A stretch of 62,724 bases of DNA, counting the filler, from Rhabdomonas costata (Eukaryota): NCBI GenBank assembly GCA_019059605.1. It is 25 parts of 25 records of this genome, joined end to end, with 100 filler letters (N's around TTAATTAATTAA, not from the genome) between each part and the next. Parts side by side here need not be neighbours in the genome. Positions count along the whole stretch, not along the records: positions 1 to 2,413 come from JAHMHO010003535.1; positions 2,514 to 4,926 come from JAHMHO010003536.1; positions 5,027 to 7,440 come from JAHMHO010003537.1; positions 7,541 to 9,953 come from JAHMHO010003538.1; positions 10,054 to 12,466 come from JAHMHO010003539.1; 20 more parts are not named here. One strand, given 5' to 3'. A model generated the notes under the pieces. The model was not told the DNA's origin, ran no database searches, and saw only the letters and a list, made by a program, of their open reading frames with translations. Below, piece by piece: positions 1 to 11,176 of this stretch (positions within the stretch are counted from its first letter, which is position 1; every line of letters begins with the position of its first letter). The position numbers and the translations under genes were made by a program.

Positions 1-322
1 GTGGTTTTTTAGGTTCCTATTTTAGGTTGTTTGTTCCTATTTCAGCGGTTCCTTTCATGGGTTCCATTGTCCACGCCGACCCGGGTGATACTTTGTATTT
101 CTCCAGTTCTCCTCGCTTTTTGTTTTCCTTCGGACAAGGACTCCTCTCTCCAGTTGAATTGCTTTTGCTCGTGGACGCATCTGCCTGTACAGTTTGGTTT
201 CCACAGTGATGCTTGAAAATTAGTGTGTTGAAATTCGTCTGATGCGTTGGAATTTATCGAGCATCTCTCACCCTGTGGTGAGTCCCATTGTTGTTTTCGG
301 TGTTCTTTTGGTGTTTTATCAG

Positions 323-1335
323 GAAGCTGCTCCTCTGCGGAGCTGTGGGAGCGCCACCAGGTACCGCTCTCTGTGCTGGAGAAGGGCTCCTCGATGGCGT
401 TTGACATTGTGTACCCTCACAGTCGCAGCTGCTGCTGCTTCACAAAGGTGCCCCCCCCGCTCCCCTGCCATCTCTGGCACCCCAATGTCGTCTTCCGCCT
501 TTTTTTCACGATCCTTTTGACATAGTTCAGGTGCCATGTGACGTGTACGTTCGACAGTTGTTTGAAGGGAAGCAAACGTCAACGGTCTCTAAAAGATGGT
601 ATTCGCTCTTTAGCTCTTTAAGGCTGGCATGGGTTTGAAGGGTCTTAAACATGATTAGATTCCTGGTTCTCAAATTGACGAGTTGAAGGTGTTTCCAAGT
701 TTAAGTGCCTGTTTAAATGCGCGATCATTCGAAAGTAGGATTGTGAAACTAAAGGGCATTCTCAAGTTACCCGGATGCGCCGATTTTGCGTTTGCGTGCG
801 CGGGTGTCTGCATGTATGCGGACGTGTTCTGGCAGTGGATTGCTGCGTCGCTGACACACAGATACGCACTCGCCCACCCTTTTGTTTCGGGGTGCAGGCT
901 TATGGCCGGTTTGCCCGAGGAACCGGCTCTGTGCTGCAGACTGCGCCAGCTGACACTGTCATTCCGGAAGGGCCTCACCACCTGCACCTTTTGAAGTTGC
1001 GTTACTTCAGCCCGATGGAGGTGAGTGCCTGGAAGGTTCTCGGTGGGTGAGCGCCGAAGTGGAAGATGTTGGGGCAGATTTTCGAGGGTAGGTTTGCAGA
1101 AGTCCGTCGTGAACTTTAGGGGTATGGGATGGGGTGTGGAGGGGAGGGGAGTTGGATTGGGTTTCCTTTGGTTCGCGTCCAGGTGGCAAGGCTTCACGGC
1201 TTCCGCCCGGACTACGAGTTTCCACCAGAGGTCACGGTTCGCCAGTGCTACGGCTTGCTGGGGAACTCTCTCAGCGTCACGGTGGCCACACAACTTTTGA
1301 AGTACCTCTTTGGCTGCTCTGAGCACCAATCATGA
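323..1335 (+). CDS. DNMT2: DNMT2/TRDMT1 tRNA (C38) cytosine-5 methyltransferase, 3' exons (partial)
   Basis: GT-AG exons 323-447, 898-1020 and 1183-1335 splice in frame: FDIVYPHSRSCCCFTK|AYGRFARGTGSVLQT...LRYFSPME|VARLHGFRPDYEFPPEVTVRQCYGLLGNSLSVTVATQLLKYLF. Contains the DNMT2-diagnostic CFTxxY...GTGS motif and motifs IX/X. Confidence 0.93.
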
Positions 1336-1670
1336 CAGCGAGCGCGAGCTCCAAGTGTTTTGAGCTTGGAAGGAGATGAAACCGTGGTCTTATGCATCAA
1401 TCACACCAAATGCTCCTTTTTGAAATTGGCTGCGGTGCCAATCCCGCAGCTCCGACCCCACACCGCGGCCCATGACTTACGCACGTTCCTATTTCTGAGA
1501 AGACATGTCCGCTGAACTTGGGTAGTACAATGCATCGGGCATCGGGGCACGACATCGGGATGCCATCCCATTTGCTCGGACGTGCCGTTGCACCTTAGAG
1601 AGTTCTTTTCCTTTTGCATGCCCTTTGATTTCATGTTCACCGGAACCCTGCGATGAGCTTGCCGGTGGGA

Positions 1671-2187
1671 ATGCAGCCGGACGGGGCCCTCCCCTTTCCC
1701 TGGATGGAGGGCCTCTTTCACGCCCGTTCCGTCGAACCCCTCTCGCTGGGCCTCCTCGTAGCAGAAACCGACGCGTTTCCCCGACCTCCCTCTCCAAAGA
1801 CCGTCCCAGCACCTACCATTCCGGCTCCTGCGATTCCTGTTTCTCTCCCCGCGCCTCGGGTTTCCTCCCGGGGGCTGCTGCAGGAGCTTGCCGCCCAGGA
1901 GCAAAATCTGGCTGAGCTTCGGCAGAAGGCCACCTCTGCGCTGCCTGCAGAGGCTATCCGCTCGAGCGGGGAAAACCACGGCCCCTCCGCCGGTGCCCTG
2001 CCGAAAGAGAGGGCCGGCAGTGGAGTGTGTTGCTGCTGCAGTGGTGGGTGTGTGGGAGGCACTGCTTCCCAGGAGGTGGCGGCTGCGGTGGATGGGGAGG
2101 GAAAATCCCCGAGGTCCAGCCTTACCGATATCGCCCGATCCCTGGTCATGGGGTACAACACCGCGGCAGTGGGATGTTTTCGCAGAG
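1671..2187 (+). CDS. Hypothetical protein, probable first exon (Pro-rich, short coiled coil, possible TPR start)
   Basis: Open GC-rich frame after a pyrimidine tract and AG. Contains LLQELAAQEQNLAELRQK and ends at donor AG|GTAGCC after YNTAAVGCFRR. Confidence 0.45.
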
Positions 2188-2413
2188 GTAGCCGAGCACC
2201 CTTCCCTTTCTTCTGTCCGGTTTGAATGCATTGACGGACACCTATTTGCGAACAGCCATGCCCTTGCAAATTGTTTGGATATGTACGCCTGCGCACGTCG
2301 CTGAACAGCCAATCATGCGTTGGCCAGTGGCTGCACAGTTCGCCACCCGCCAACAGCACGGATGCTTTCCGGCACTGCCTTTTGATTTCAGACCTCCTCC
2401 CCCCCCCCCTTAA

Positions 2414-2513
2414 NNNNNNNNNNNNNNNNNNNNNNNNNNNNNNNNNNNNNNNNNNNNTTAATTAATTAANNNNNNNNNNNNNNNNNNNNNNNNNNNNNNN
2501 NNNNNNNNNNNNN
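2414..2513. other. Artificial contig spacer (first of 24)
   Basis: 44 N + TTAATTAATTAA (stop in all six frames) + 44 N. Contigs: 1-2413, 2514-4926, 5027-7440, 7541-9953, 10054-12466, 12567-14979, 15080-17492, 17593-20005, 20106-22517, 22618-25028, 25129-27539, 27640-30051, 30152-32563, 32664-35107, 35208-37618, 37719-40130, 40231-42641, 42742-45152, 45253-47663, 47764-50174, 50275-52685, 52786-55195, 55296-57705, 57806-60215, 60316-62724. Confidence 0.99.
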
Positions 2514-3392
2514 TGTTTTTAGGGAGGATTCTCGTTTTTGTTTTTGGTCGCAGGCTCTCGACGAGAAGTACTATCCGGTTGCTACCCCAATTATCCTTTC
2601 CCCTGACGATTTGGAGGAGATGTCCAAGCGACTGTGCTACTCCAACCAGCAAGGATCGTCTTCACCAACCAGTTCTGCCACACACAGCTAGCCGCATTGG
2701 GATTGCCTTCCTGGCGAACATACTTCTTTCTCATTCTCCCCGTTTTGAATGTCACTGTTCACGTTGGGAGACAACTGGCACGTGTATGTTATTGCGCCTC
2801 ATTTCTGTTCAGCTTTTGTTGATCCGTTGTATGTATGCTGCGCTTCTATGGGATGGAAGGGAAGGGAACGTACCCTCAACCAGCCCCAAGCTCTAAACTG
2901 TGCCCCTGATTTCTACGAGTGATTTATCATCCCAAATCACTCACCTGCATTTCCATTCCAAATGCAGGAGATTCCCGGTTCAGCTCCAACCCGCGCAATT
3001 CCGTGCATTTTGAATTAAGCTGCGCCCCTTGGTGTGGCTTTTTATTGCTTCTGGTTCGGTTTGGTTGGGAGTTGGGCTCTCAGTTTTGCTCTCATGAATT
3101 CATAAGACAGGTTCTTGCTCTTGTTTGTGTTGGGGAAGTTATCTCCCTGGCAAGTAGGATGTCGCTATCAGGTTGGATTCGGGTCCTACAAGTTGGTTTT
3201 AAGTAGACTTTGACAAGTAGACTTTGCACAGTTGGACGTCATGAAGATGTGATAGTTGGGTTGGGTTTTGTTTGTAACCCCACCGCTGACCTCGCTGCCT
3301 GTATTTTTAGTCTGTCTTTTGCTGTTTTGATCCATTCCATCGCTTCATTTTTTATTCGACTGCCGGGTTGAGGAGCGCCGGATTGCACAGCG

Positions 3393-3551
3393 ATGTCCAA
3401 GCGCAAGCGCAGCCCCGGGGTTGAGCCCAAGGGGGGGCTGCAGCTGTGCGAGTCCGTGGGGGCGGCTCTGCAGCTGCACTCCGAGCAGCTCGATGCGGAG
3501 GTCAATGCATTGATCAACGAGGTTGTCCCCAAGCGAGTCGCAGAAGTTGAG
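3393..3551 (+). CDS. First exon, PA28/proteasome activator (PSME3-like) N-terminus
   Basis: MSKRKR (NLS-like)...SEQLDAEVNALINEVVPKRVAEVE resembles the first helix of PA28 (ITSEAEDLVANFFPKKLLEL). ATG is preceded by CAG-CG; donor GAG|GTCCGG. Confidence 0.4.
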
Positions 3552-4215
3552 GTCCGGACCTCGTACGCCTTTGAAAGGGCGGGGAGATGGGGACATCGCT
3601 TTGCTCTGTGCCATACACACTTCTGTTTCTCAAGCGCCAATGGTGATTCGATATTATGGTCGCAAAATGTATTGGTAGGTTCTCCTCATGCCCTTATTTT
3701 CAATGTTGGATGTTGCTTCAGGGGCGCAAACGAAGTATTCTGTGCAATGGGTACATCATAATTTCACTCTGGTATCTGCATACAGTGCTCACTTTGAATA
3801 CTTTATAGGTTGGTGTTGAAAAAATTTCTTTGTTTCGCTTTACATGATTGATTACATGATTGGTTCCATGATTGATAATTTTAGATGATTGACGACAGAA
3901 AGTGCACACTGCCCGCACAGACGGGATGTCAATAGTATTCAAACATCCTCATCACAAAACACCCTCATAGGGAAGGGAAGGAATGTACAATATGGCAAAG
4001 GAAAGTGGAGAGCTGGGAGAGGGGATTCTAGCACGCAGAGTGATTCGGCATGCGGGAAGGGACGCACGGACGCCCGTCACGTCGAGGGAAAACAAACAAG
4101 AGCGCAGCTGGCGTCCCCAGGGAGATAGCATAGAAACAAAGAAATGATAGAATTAACTAGGACAGCACCGGGCAAGACGGGGTGTCCTCCAAGGGTTAGA
4201 GGAGAGGACGTTGTG

Positions 4216-4362
4216 AGTGAACCAATGATTAGGAGCCCTCAAAAGGAAGGATTTGCCCGCCAAACGGAGGCCCCTCGTTCCGGGACTGCTGCGGTTGCGG
4301 CTGCTGCGCGGGGCTAGGCAACGGCGGTGGTGGGGTGCCCGTGCCCGCGGCTGCCTCCTTGG
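4216..4362 (-). repeat. Dispersed repeat, copy 1 (homologous to 45720-45903)
   Basis: Minus strand GCAGCAGTCCCGGAACGAGGGGCCTCCGTTTGGCGGGCAAATCCTTCCTTTTGAGGGCTCCTAA..ATTGGTTCACT aligns with the contig-19 copy. Confidence 0.85.
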
Positions 4363-6849
4363 CAGAGGCGCTCTCCGGACCAATGATCCAATAATTTTCT
4401 TCCCGAAAATGTCCGAGTTAATCCATCATCAATCCGATCCATCATTGATACCGTCACAACACTGCGGCACAAAGGTTCTTGCGGTAGCATGGGTCAGCAC
4501 TAAACAGCTTTTACAAGAAGAAACGCAAGGAAAACCAGTGTGGATGGCAAAAGGCTATCACACAAGGCAAGCACATCCCGAGAAAAAAGGAACTCGCAAA
4601 AGCGAGTCCCAAGACACACTCCCAAGACAGCGAGGCGCAACACACAACCTTTTGGCAAGTGAGCCCGTCCGTTGAGGACGAGCAACACGCAGCACAAGAA
4701 ACAATCCACAAAGAGAAGGGTATCAAAGTCAGAGGTCAAGAGCCTTGGGACGATGAGAGGGAATTCTCTACTGAACCTTAATCACTTCACTCACTGATCT
4801 GTGAAGCCCCGAACGAGCATTCGCGCCGTTCCTTGGGCCACCGCGCCCGAAAGGCGCTTTTTGGAGACGGGCTCCAAGGCTTCACCAAGGCGCATGCTCT
4901 GCTTGTGGGCCACACCAAACCAAAAANNNNNNNNNNNNNNNNNNNNNNNNNNNNNNNNNNNNNNNNNNNNTTAATTAATTAANNNNNNNNNNNNNNNNNN
5001 NNNNNNNNNNNNNNNNNNNNNNNNNNTGTGGGGGTGGGAAGGGGTTTGGTCCAGCAGAGACTCTTCTGAGGTCGCCGGAGTGAGGCTGAGGGACCTGGGG
5101 CGGTGCTGAGTGTAGGATCCCGAGTGCGTAGTCATACTGGGGGGACAAAACAAGACTTAGGGTCCAGAAAAGTGATCGGCCAGAGGTAGAAAGCACACAG
5201 AGTTGAGACTCACAACATGTTATAGAAGTTCAGGACACATTCCAAGCCTCATTTGGTCGGCATGAGATACAGTGGAGTCGTTCTGTGGGCCAGGACTAAC
5301 AGTAGAAAAATTTGGAGGAGAGAACAAACTACACTCTGAAGCGATCAGTGACGAAATGTAATGCTGAATCACAACGCTTCGGTAGAAGCTCTGCCCGCAC
5401 AAAGGGAGTGAGTCTAAAACCAAACCTAACCAATGCACCAGGTAATATAGGTCTAGCATCAATCGGACAACCAAGGCTGGTATAGAAAGGAAGGTATAGT
5501 AAGGAATAAGAAATACAGTTGCCTGTCACGCAAATGCACAAAAAAAATAGCATGGTTACTCCTTGTCACGAAAGCCCCCAAATAGCAGCACCAAGATGCT
5601 CTGGCTCTGTACCATATCATCGCTTTACGCCAATATCCCATGACTTCCACATTTCAGGGGCACTGTAAAAAGGACGGGAGAAAGGTTGCCCGACTGGAGG
5701 GCCCCATGGATTGAGAGACAGGTCCTTCCCATTTTCCCAATACGAAGGAAAACACAGATAGTGACAGACAGTGTCAAGCACGCTCAATCGTCAGAGCGAA
5801 ACTGCTTCACACAAGGGAAGACGCGCACGGGAACTTGTGCAGAGCAATGTACAACAACACAGCGCCCAACCGAGATGAAAGGGACTCAGTACAAAGGGGA
5901 AAACAAAGACCCTTACACGCGAGACGTAATCGATACGTCACTACGACAAAGGAAGACCCAAGACAAGCATTACCCCACCCCTCACACACACCCTCATCAC
6001 ACCAACACACCACAGCCCGAAAAACTACAACAGCCCTGCCAGCATGCAGAGAATGAACACACAACAAAAAGAGTGGGGGCGACAGCGCCGAAATGGTCAG
6101 ACCCAACAATTCGCGTGGTAGGGGCAGCGAAAAAGGGACTTTTAGAACCTCGAACTTACTGGAGCACCCTTCTCGGGCGGCGGTAACCTTCCTATGAAAA
6201 CTCTGCGTAAGTCTGCGGTCTGATTCACAAAACGCTCTCGGCAAATTAGAGTAACTCTGGTGGTCCCTCTGGTTACTGGTCACCCTGACGTACGAAGTGG
6301 GTCGTGACATTTTCCGGGGGAGGGTGGAATAAGTTTGGTGCGTGTCCTTCTGATTGCTCCTATTTTGCTGCCCGAAAGGACGACGACAGCTGCAACTGCA
6401 AAGGCTCCAGAATCAAGAGGACCGGAGCGGCATGTAGTCACCGTGGGTGTGACGGAACGCTATAGCACCCTCAGCGGCTGGCTACGAGGAATGGAGGGCA
6501 GAAATCCCTCACGGAAAGTGTCGTGCATCGCCCCGAGCTGTCAACCGAAAAATATGTACAACATTAAGGCTCCTTTCAATTCCAACAGAAGAGGGAAACA
6601 AACAATTAAGCGACACACATCCTCGGTTGGGCGCGTCACTCTGGAAGCTTAGAAGTCTACTGTCGTGGAACAGCCGATCCCTGAGATAACCGATAACCAC
6701 ACAAACCAGACAAAGAGAGCCCCCCCTCCCCCAATTTGCTCAGGATCAGATCATAAGAAATGCCAAATTAGGATTGTCGACAAGCTTTGTGGAGTGAATA
6801 GTACATAACAAGCACGCAAAACATTGCGGTAGACATGGAAGTGAAGCCA

Positions 6850-7161
6850 CTACGCAAATATGGTGGTGGTGGTGGGTGTTTCCTGCTCCTGCTCCTGCGC
6901 AAAAGAACAAACCACTGCCTTCGCAGTCTCCGCCACGCGAAGAATAATCCGCAGCCCCACGACAGCCACAAAGGCAGCCACCCACATGGGGCTCAGGGCC
7001 ATGCTGGGGATCGCTCTCGCCGGGCGGAAGCTGGACTCCACCCCGCGCTGCTGCTGCTGCTGCTCTTCGTGTTGCGGAGCCTCGGAATCTTTCTTCCCAA
7101 GGGGGGCGGGGAACTCGCCAACACCAACCGCGTCCTGCCGCTGCTGCGGGCTGGCGTCCAT
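6850..7161 (-). CDS. Hypothetical small protein (Gln-rich, one hydrophobic segment)
   Basis: 103-aa ORF MDASPQQRQD...QQQQQ...MWVAAFVAVVGLRIIL. No family recognised. Confidence 0.3.
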   Translation of the reverse strand: MDASPQQRQDAVGVGEFPAPLGKKDSEAPQHEEQQQQQRGVESSFRPARAIPSMALSPMWVAAFVAVVGLRIILRVAETAKAVVCSFAQEQEQETPTTTTIFA

Positions 7162-7609
7162 CCCTTTTGCTTTGCACAGGCGCAGGCATCAATATTCGGA
7201 GACAAGGCCGCTGCGATTGACAGAAATTGGGAGACATTTCGAAAATAAACGTGCAGCGATATCCCCAACGAATCCATGGTGGTATTAAGTCACGCGGCTA
7301 AGCGCACAACGAGGCACACCCGCACGCCAAGGTCAAGCTGACGGCGTTCAACATCCCGACCGGAGGCGCTAGGCGGGGAATCACCGCAAACATCAAAAAG
7401 TGAATGAACACAACAGAAAGAGTGGGGCCACCACCCCCACNNNNNNNNNNNNNNNNNNNNNNNNNNNNNNNNNNNNNNNNNNNNTTAATTAATTAANNNN
7501 NNNNNNNNNNNNNNNNNNNNNNNNNNNNNNNNNNNNNNNNGGTGTTTGGGTCAAGGCGAGCAAAGTGTCGGAGGAGGCGGTCGGAAGACCGGGGGGCGAG
7601 ACCACACAC

Positions 7610-9934
7610 CAACGGGCATGCACACGGGGGAGTTCCAGCTGCCGTTGGTGCACAGAAAGCTCGACGATGGCAGGTAGCCTGTGCACGTCCCACCGTCAGA
7701 AACGACGCAACGTGAACATCATAACGTGCGGGTGAATACATGGAGGACTGCCAATGATGCGAATGAAGATACAGTTTCGGATATGCATGTGGTGGGAAGC
7801 TCAAACCCGACTGTATAACTGATAGAGAGATGATACTACCATCAATATGGGGGGCCCCACGAAGTGTTTCTCGTTGTTTCGTTGGAAAATCCGAAAAAGA
7901 AAAATGGCGAAAACTACTTGTAACCTGGAGCTAGAAGTCGTCATAACTCGATAATATCCAAAAACGTGCCAAACCCAAAATGGAACAGGCGACAGAGCAC
8001 AGAAAACAGAATGCGGAGCAGTAAAAGCCCGCTGAAGGTGAGGTGACAACCGGAGCTGCAGGTCGCCGAGCAAGTGGAGCCCGAGGACGTCGGCAGAGAG
8101 CACGCCGCGGCGCTCAGCGGAACCGCCGCCGAGGGCATCGAAGTGCACGGGTTTGAATTTCTGTTGGTGTTCGCTGCAGGGAAAGTCCCAAAAGAGCAAA
8201 GTGGCGGCCGGGAGCCACACCTTAAAAGAACAACAAATGCAAGTGGCAAGGCACAACAGGTACGAGCTTCCCTGGCATCCGGGCATAGACGACCCATGAG
8301 GCATGCAGGCATCGCTTCCTCAATGACAAAGAAAATGATCCTTTCCACTATCACGAACATGATGGGCCCTGAGGTACGAAGGGACCATCATGAGAGTAGG
8401 ATAGAAGGTGAGCAAGCGTACCGCGCAGCGGGGAGCGAAGCGAACAAGTACACGTAGGGAGCATACGACACGCAGTGGAGTATGCGACCAGCAAATACAA
8501 AGAAGGGGCCCCACGAATTCGAGTATGCGAGAATGAGTGGGGTATCAGCACATCCAGGTACCCTTCGTTACCCCCCACTTTGATGGAGGCTGGTCCCACA
8601 ATCGGGAATTCTGATGGAAGGTGGTGCATCGCGACACCCCGACATAGGGTGCATGTTCGTGGGTATGGCACCGCAGGTAGGAATCGGCAGTTGGCATCGG
8701 GGTTGGGTCATCGGGTTCAGGCATCTGGGGGTGGGTTATGCGTAGGATTAGTGCTTCTTGTGTGGTGGTTGTAGTGGTGTTGGTAGTGCTGATGTTGTAG
8801 TGTAAGGGTTTGTGTGAATTCCTACCAGGTTCCTTCATGTTTTATGTTCTACCTGCCGGTGGCCCTTCATGTTCTTGTATCCTACTACGCTTCGCTTCGT
8901 GTTAGCATTCCTACCTGCGGTGCCTTTCGTGTGTTTCTATCGCTGATGCCTTTAGTGTATTCCTGATGCACTTACTTCTACGCACGGCTCCACTGCGTGA
9001 CCCGTGCTTCGAGACCTTCCATGTAAAGGGTAAGGGTATGTTATTGCTGTGGCTTCGCCAAGGACGGATCTCACGTAAGCGCCTTATGGCGGTGGAGTGA
9101 AAGGAGTGACAAGTGGGTATTGAGGGGTTAAAGATGATGCTTTGTCGGGATGTCCACGTGCGTGTCCATCCCTCCTATTCGCTACGCTCATGCCTTTACT
9201 TGTATTCCTACTCCGTGATGCCCCTCGCTACGCTCGTGACATCACTACGTACCCACGAAAGTGGTACCCTACATGCCACTATATTATGCTGATGCATTGT
9301 TGGGGCCCCTAGAGTGAAGAATAGCAGGTCGTATGCTGCGCATACCCCTAAATGTGATGGTTCATGCTACTCCCCGACTGACGTCGGTACGTAGCATTCA
9401 CAGGTCGCATGCTCGGTACCTGGCATGCTCTTATGGATTGCCATGTGGGGTCACTCATAAATACCAAACGAGAATGGAGGCACCAGCCTCCATCAAAGTG
9501 TAAGACCACATGATACGTCCTGATGTGAGACAAAGACTTTGGCTTCTTTTTCCCACCCACCCACCCCCCGCACTGTTGAGGAACTCCTCAACAGTGCGGG
9601 GGGTGGGTGGGTGGGAAAAAGAAGCCAAAGCAAGCTAAGGGCAAGTGACAGCTATGCCGACGCTTCCTCAAACTGACCGCGTCATCACGCTCCACGTCGT
9701 ATAAAGAAGCCTTGAGCTGGACCGGCTGCAATGCAACACGCGGACATCGACCCCACTTTCTACACCCACCACTTGAACCCAGCACTATATCTTAGGCGGG
9801 CCCTGAAAAAAGCCTCTTCGCGCAGGCACCAGTGCAGCAGTCGTCCAGGGCACAGGACGCTGAGGAGCAGACAACGCTTGCGGCCTTCGCGGTGTAGCCC
9901 CCGGGGCAGGCGAATGTGCCGCAGGCTGGGTTCG
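7610..9934 (-). CDS. Cys-rich surface protein with sushi/CCP-like module (partial, 3 exons)
   Basis: Phase-1 GT-AG exons 9934-9830, 8173-8051 and 7678-7610 splice in frame: NPACGTFACPGGYTAKAASVVCSSASCALDDCCT|ANTNRNSNPCTSMP...CSLPTSSGSTCSATCSSG|YLPSSSFLCTNGSWNSPVCMPV. Confidence 0.75.
9537..9630. repeat. Perfect 46-bp inverted repeat with 2-nt loop; one arm is a G-quadruplex motif
   Basis: 9537-9582 is the exact reverse complement of 9585-9630. The right arm contains GGGGGGTGGGTGGGTGGG. Intronic. Confidence 0.95.
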
Positions 9935-10750
9935 CTGTGCGCGCAACAAACCCNNNNNNNNNNNNNNNNNNNNNNNNNNNNNNNNNNNNNNNNNNNNTTA
10001 ATTAATTAANNNNNNNNNNNNNNNNNNNNNNNNNNNNNNNNNNNNNNNNNNNNTTGTTTTGTTGGTGGCGCATCCTCTGCAATTTTGGTAGACTTAGCAG
10101 ACGTGCACCAGGGAAAAGCTAGCCGCCGCAATGGAGAAGATCAAACACCGTGAGAACGGATCGATCTGAAAGGATGAGGGGTGGCCTAACCACTCGTCGC
10201 AAAGCCTCGCTCCCTTCTGCATTGGCTGGAAATGGAGAGCCTCAAACATCGTGAGAACTGGCGGGTTTTTTTTTGCTAGCGGTGGCCAGTAGTATGCCAG
10301 CACTCTTGAAATGACTGTAGTGTAAATGACTGTATTTTTGTGTAAGAGGGTTAGGCAAGCTTTGCCATTCCCTTGGATGATTGATTTTGCAGCTGAAAAC
10401 TGCTGCTGGCTGAGGACTCGCCAATGGCCGGGATATGGGCGGACGAGAAAGACAGCATTTGCCTATGGGCAAAGGCCAGCGGCGCAGTGACCGAAGAGGG
10501 CCGGCGGGAGGTTCTTTAACAACTTCTTATAACATGCTACCATAGTAAAAACCCCATGTCCATGAAAGCGGAGCTCAAGAAAGAGAAGGGCAGGCGAGAG
10601 AGAAGAGAGAAGCACCAGCGCAGCTCAGGGGGTAGAGAGACGTGTATGGTGCGCATAGCAGCTTCAACAAAGATAATGCTCGGCAGATAAAAACCAAAAC
10701 TGGATTTTGGAGACTGCCTTTTGAAACGGTTTTCCGTGGACCAATACTTA

Positions 10751-10930
10751 TGGCCCGCGTCACCTCAAAAGTAAGAGATGACCATAAAAGGTTAAAATCA
10801 ACTTGAAAGAATAAGCACAACCAATCTGCGATGGAGCCCAGTCTTTTCACCACCCGTTTTAGCTTCTAGTCCAAAAACGCCCGAGTGTGCACACTTTTGT
10901 AAGCTGTGCCTTTTGAGGTGACGCGGAAAA
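10751..10930. mobile_element. MITE (about 180 bp) with 17-bp inverted repeats and TA flanks, Tc1/mariner-type
   Basis: CCGCGTCACCTCAAAAG (10755-10771) / CTTTTGAGGTGACGCGG (10910-10926). TA at 10749-10750 and 10931-10932. Second copy at 39996-40130. Confidence 0.85.
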
Positions 10931-11012
10931 TATAATTTTTCATTGAACAACATATACAATGACGGCGTGCAGCACAGCGGATGAGCTGAAAAAGGGCACA
11001 AAGAACGAATAC

Positions 11013-11176
11013 TTGGATGATTCCCGAAGACGCAGTCAGCACGCGGGGCTCCCCGGAGGTGCACCAGTAGGTGGGCTCCGTGCAGCTCGGGCCTGCCCAG
11101 TCGGGCGCACACAGGCACTTCCCCGTGCTCAGGTCGGACAGCCCGTGCACGCAATCCACGCAAGCCGGCGGGGATG
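11013..11176 (-). CDS. EGF-like domain followed by start of a CUB-like domain (single internal exon)
   Basis: AG|..CVDCVHGLSDLSTGKCLCAPDWAGPSCTEPTYWCTSGEPRVLTASSGIIQ|GT. CxCxxxWxGxxC is the EGF end and LTASSGII a typical CUB start. Confidence 0.75.

Noticed and set aside
278-322. 45-nt intron and an upstream DNMT2 exon
   Set aside because: GTGAGT...CAG is plausible, but the upstream frame hits a stop at 229-231 with no clear acceptor, so it was not called.
1401-2312. 303-aa minus-strand ORF and similar long antisense ORFs (e.g. 670-1329, 60732-61595)
   Set aside because: Shadow frames of GC-rich coding exons; no motifs.
2458-2469. TTAATTAATTAA recurring every ~2.5 kb as a regular repeat or CRISPR-like array
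   Set aside because: It is always embedded in 44+44 N, so it is an artificial six-frame-stop linker.
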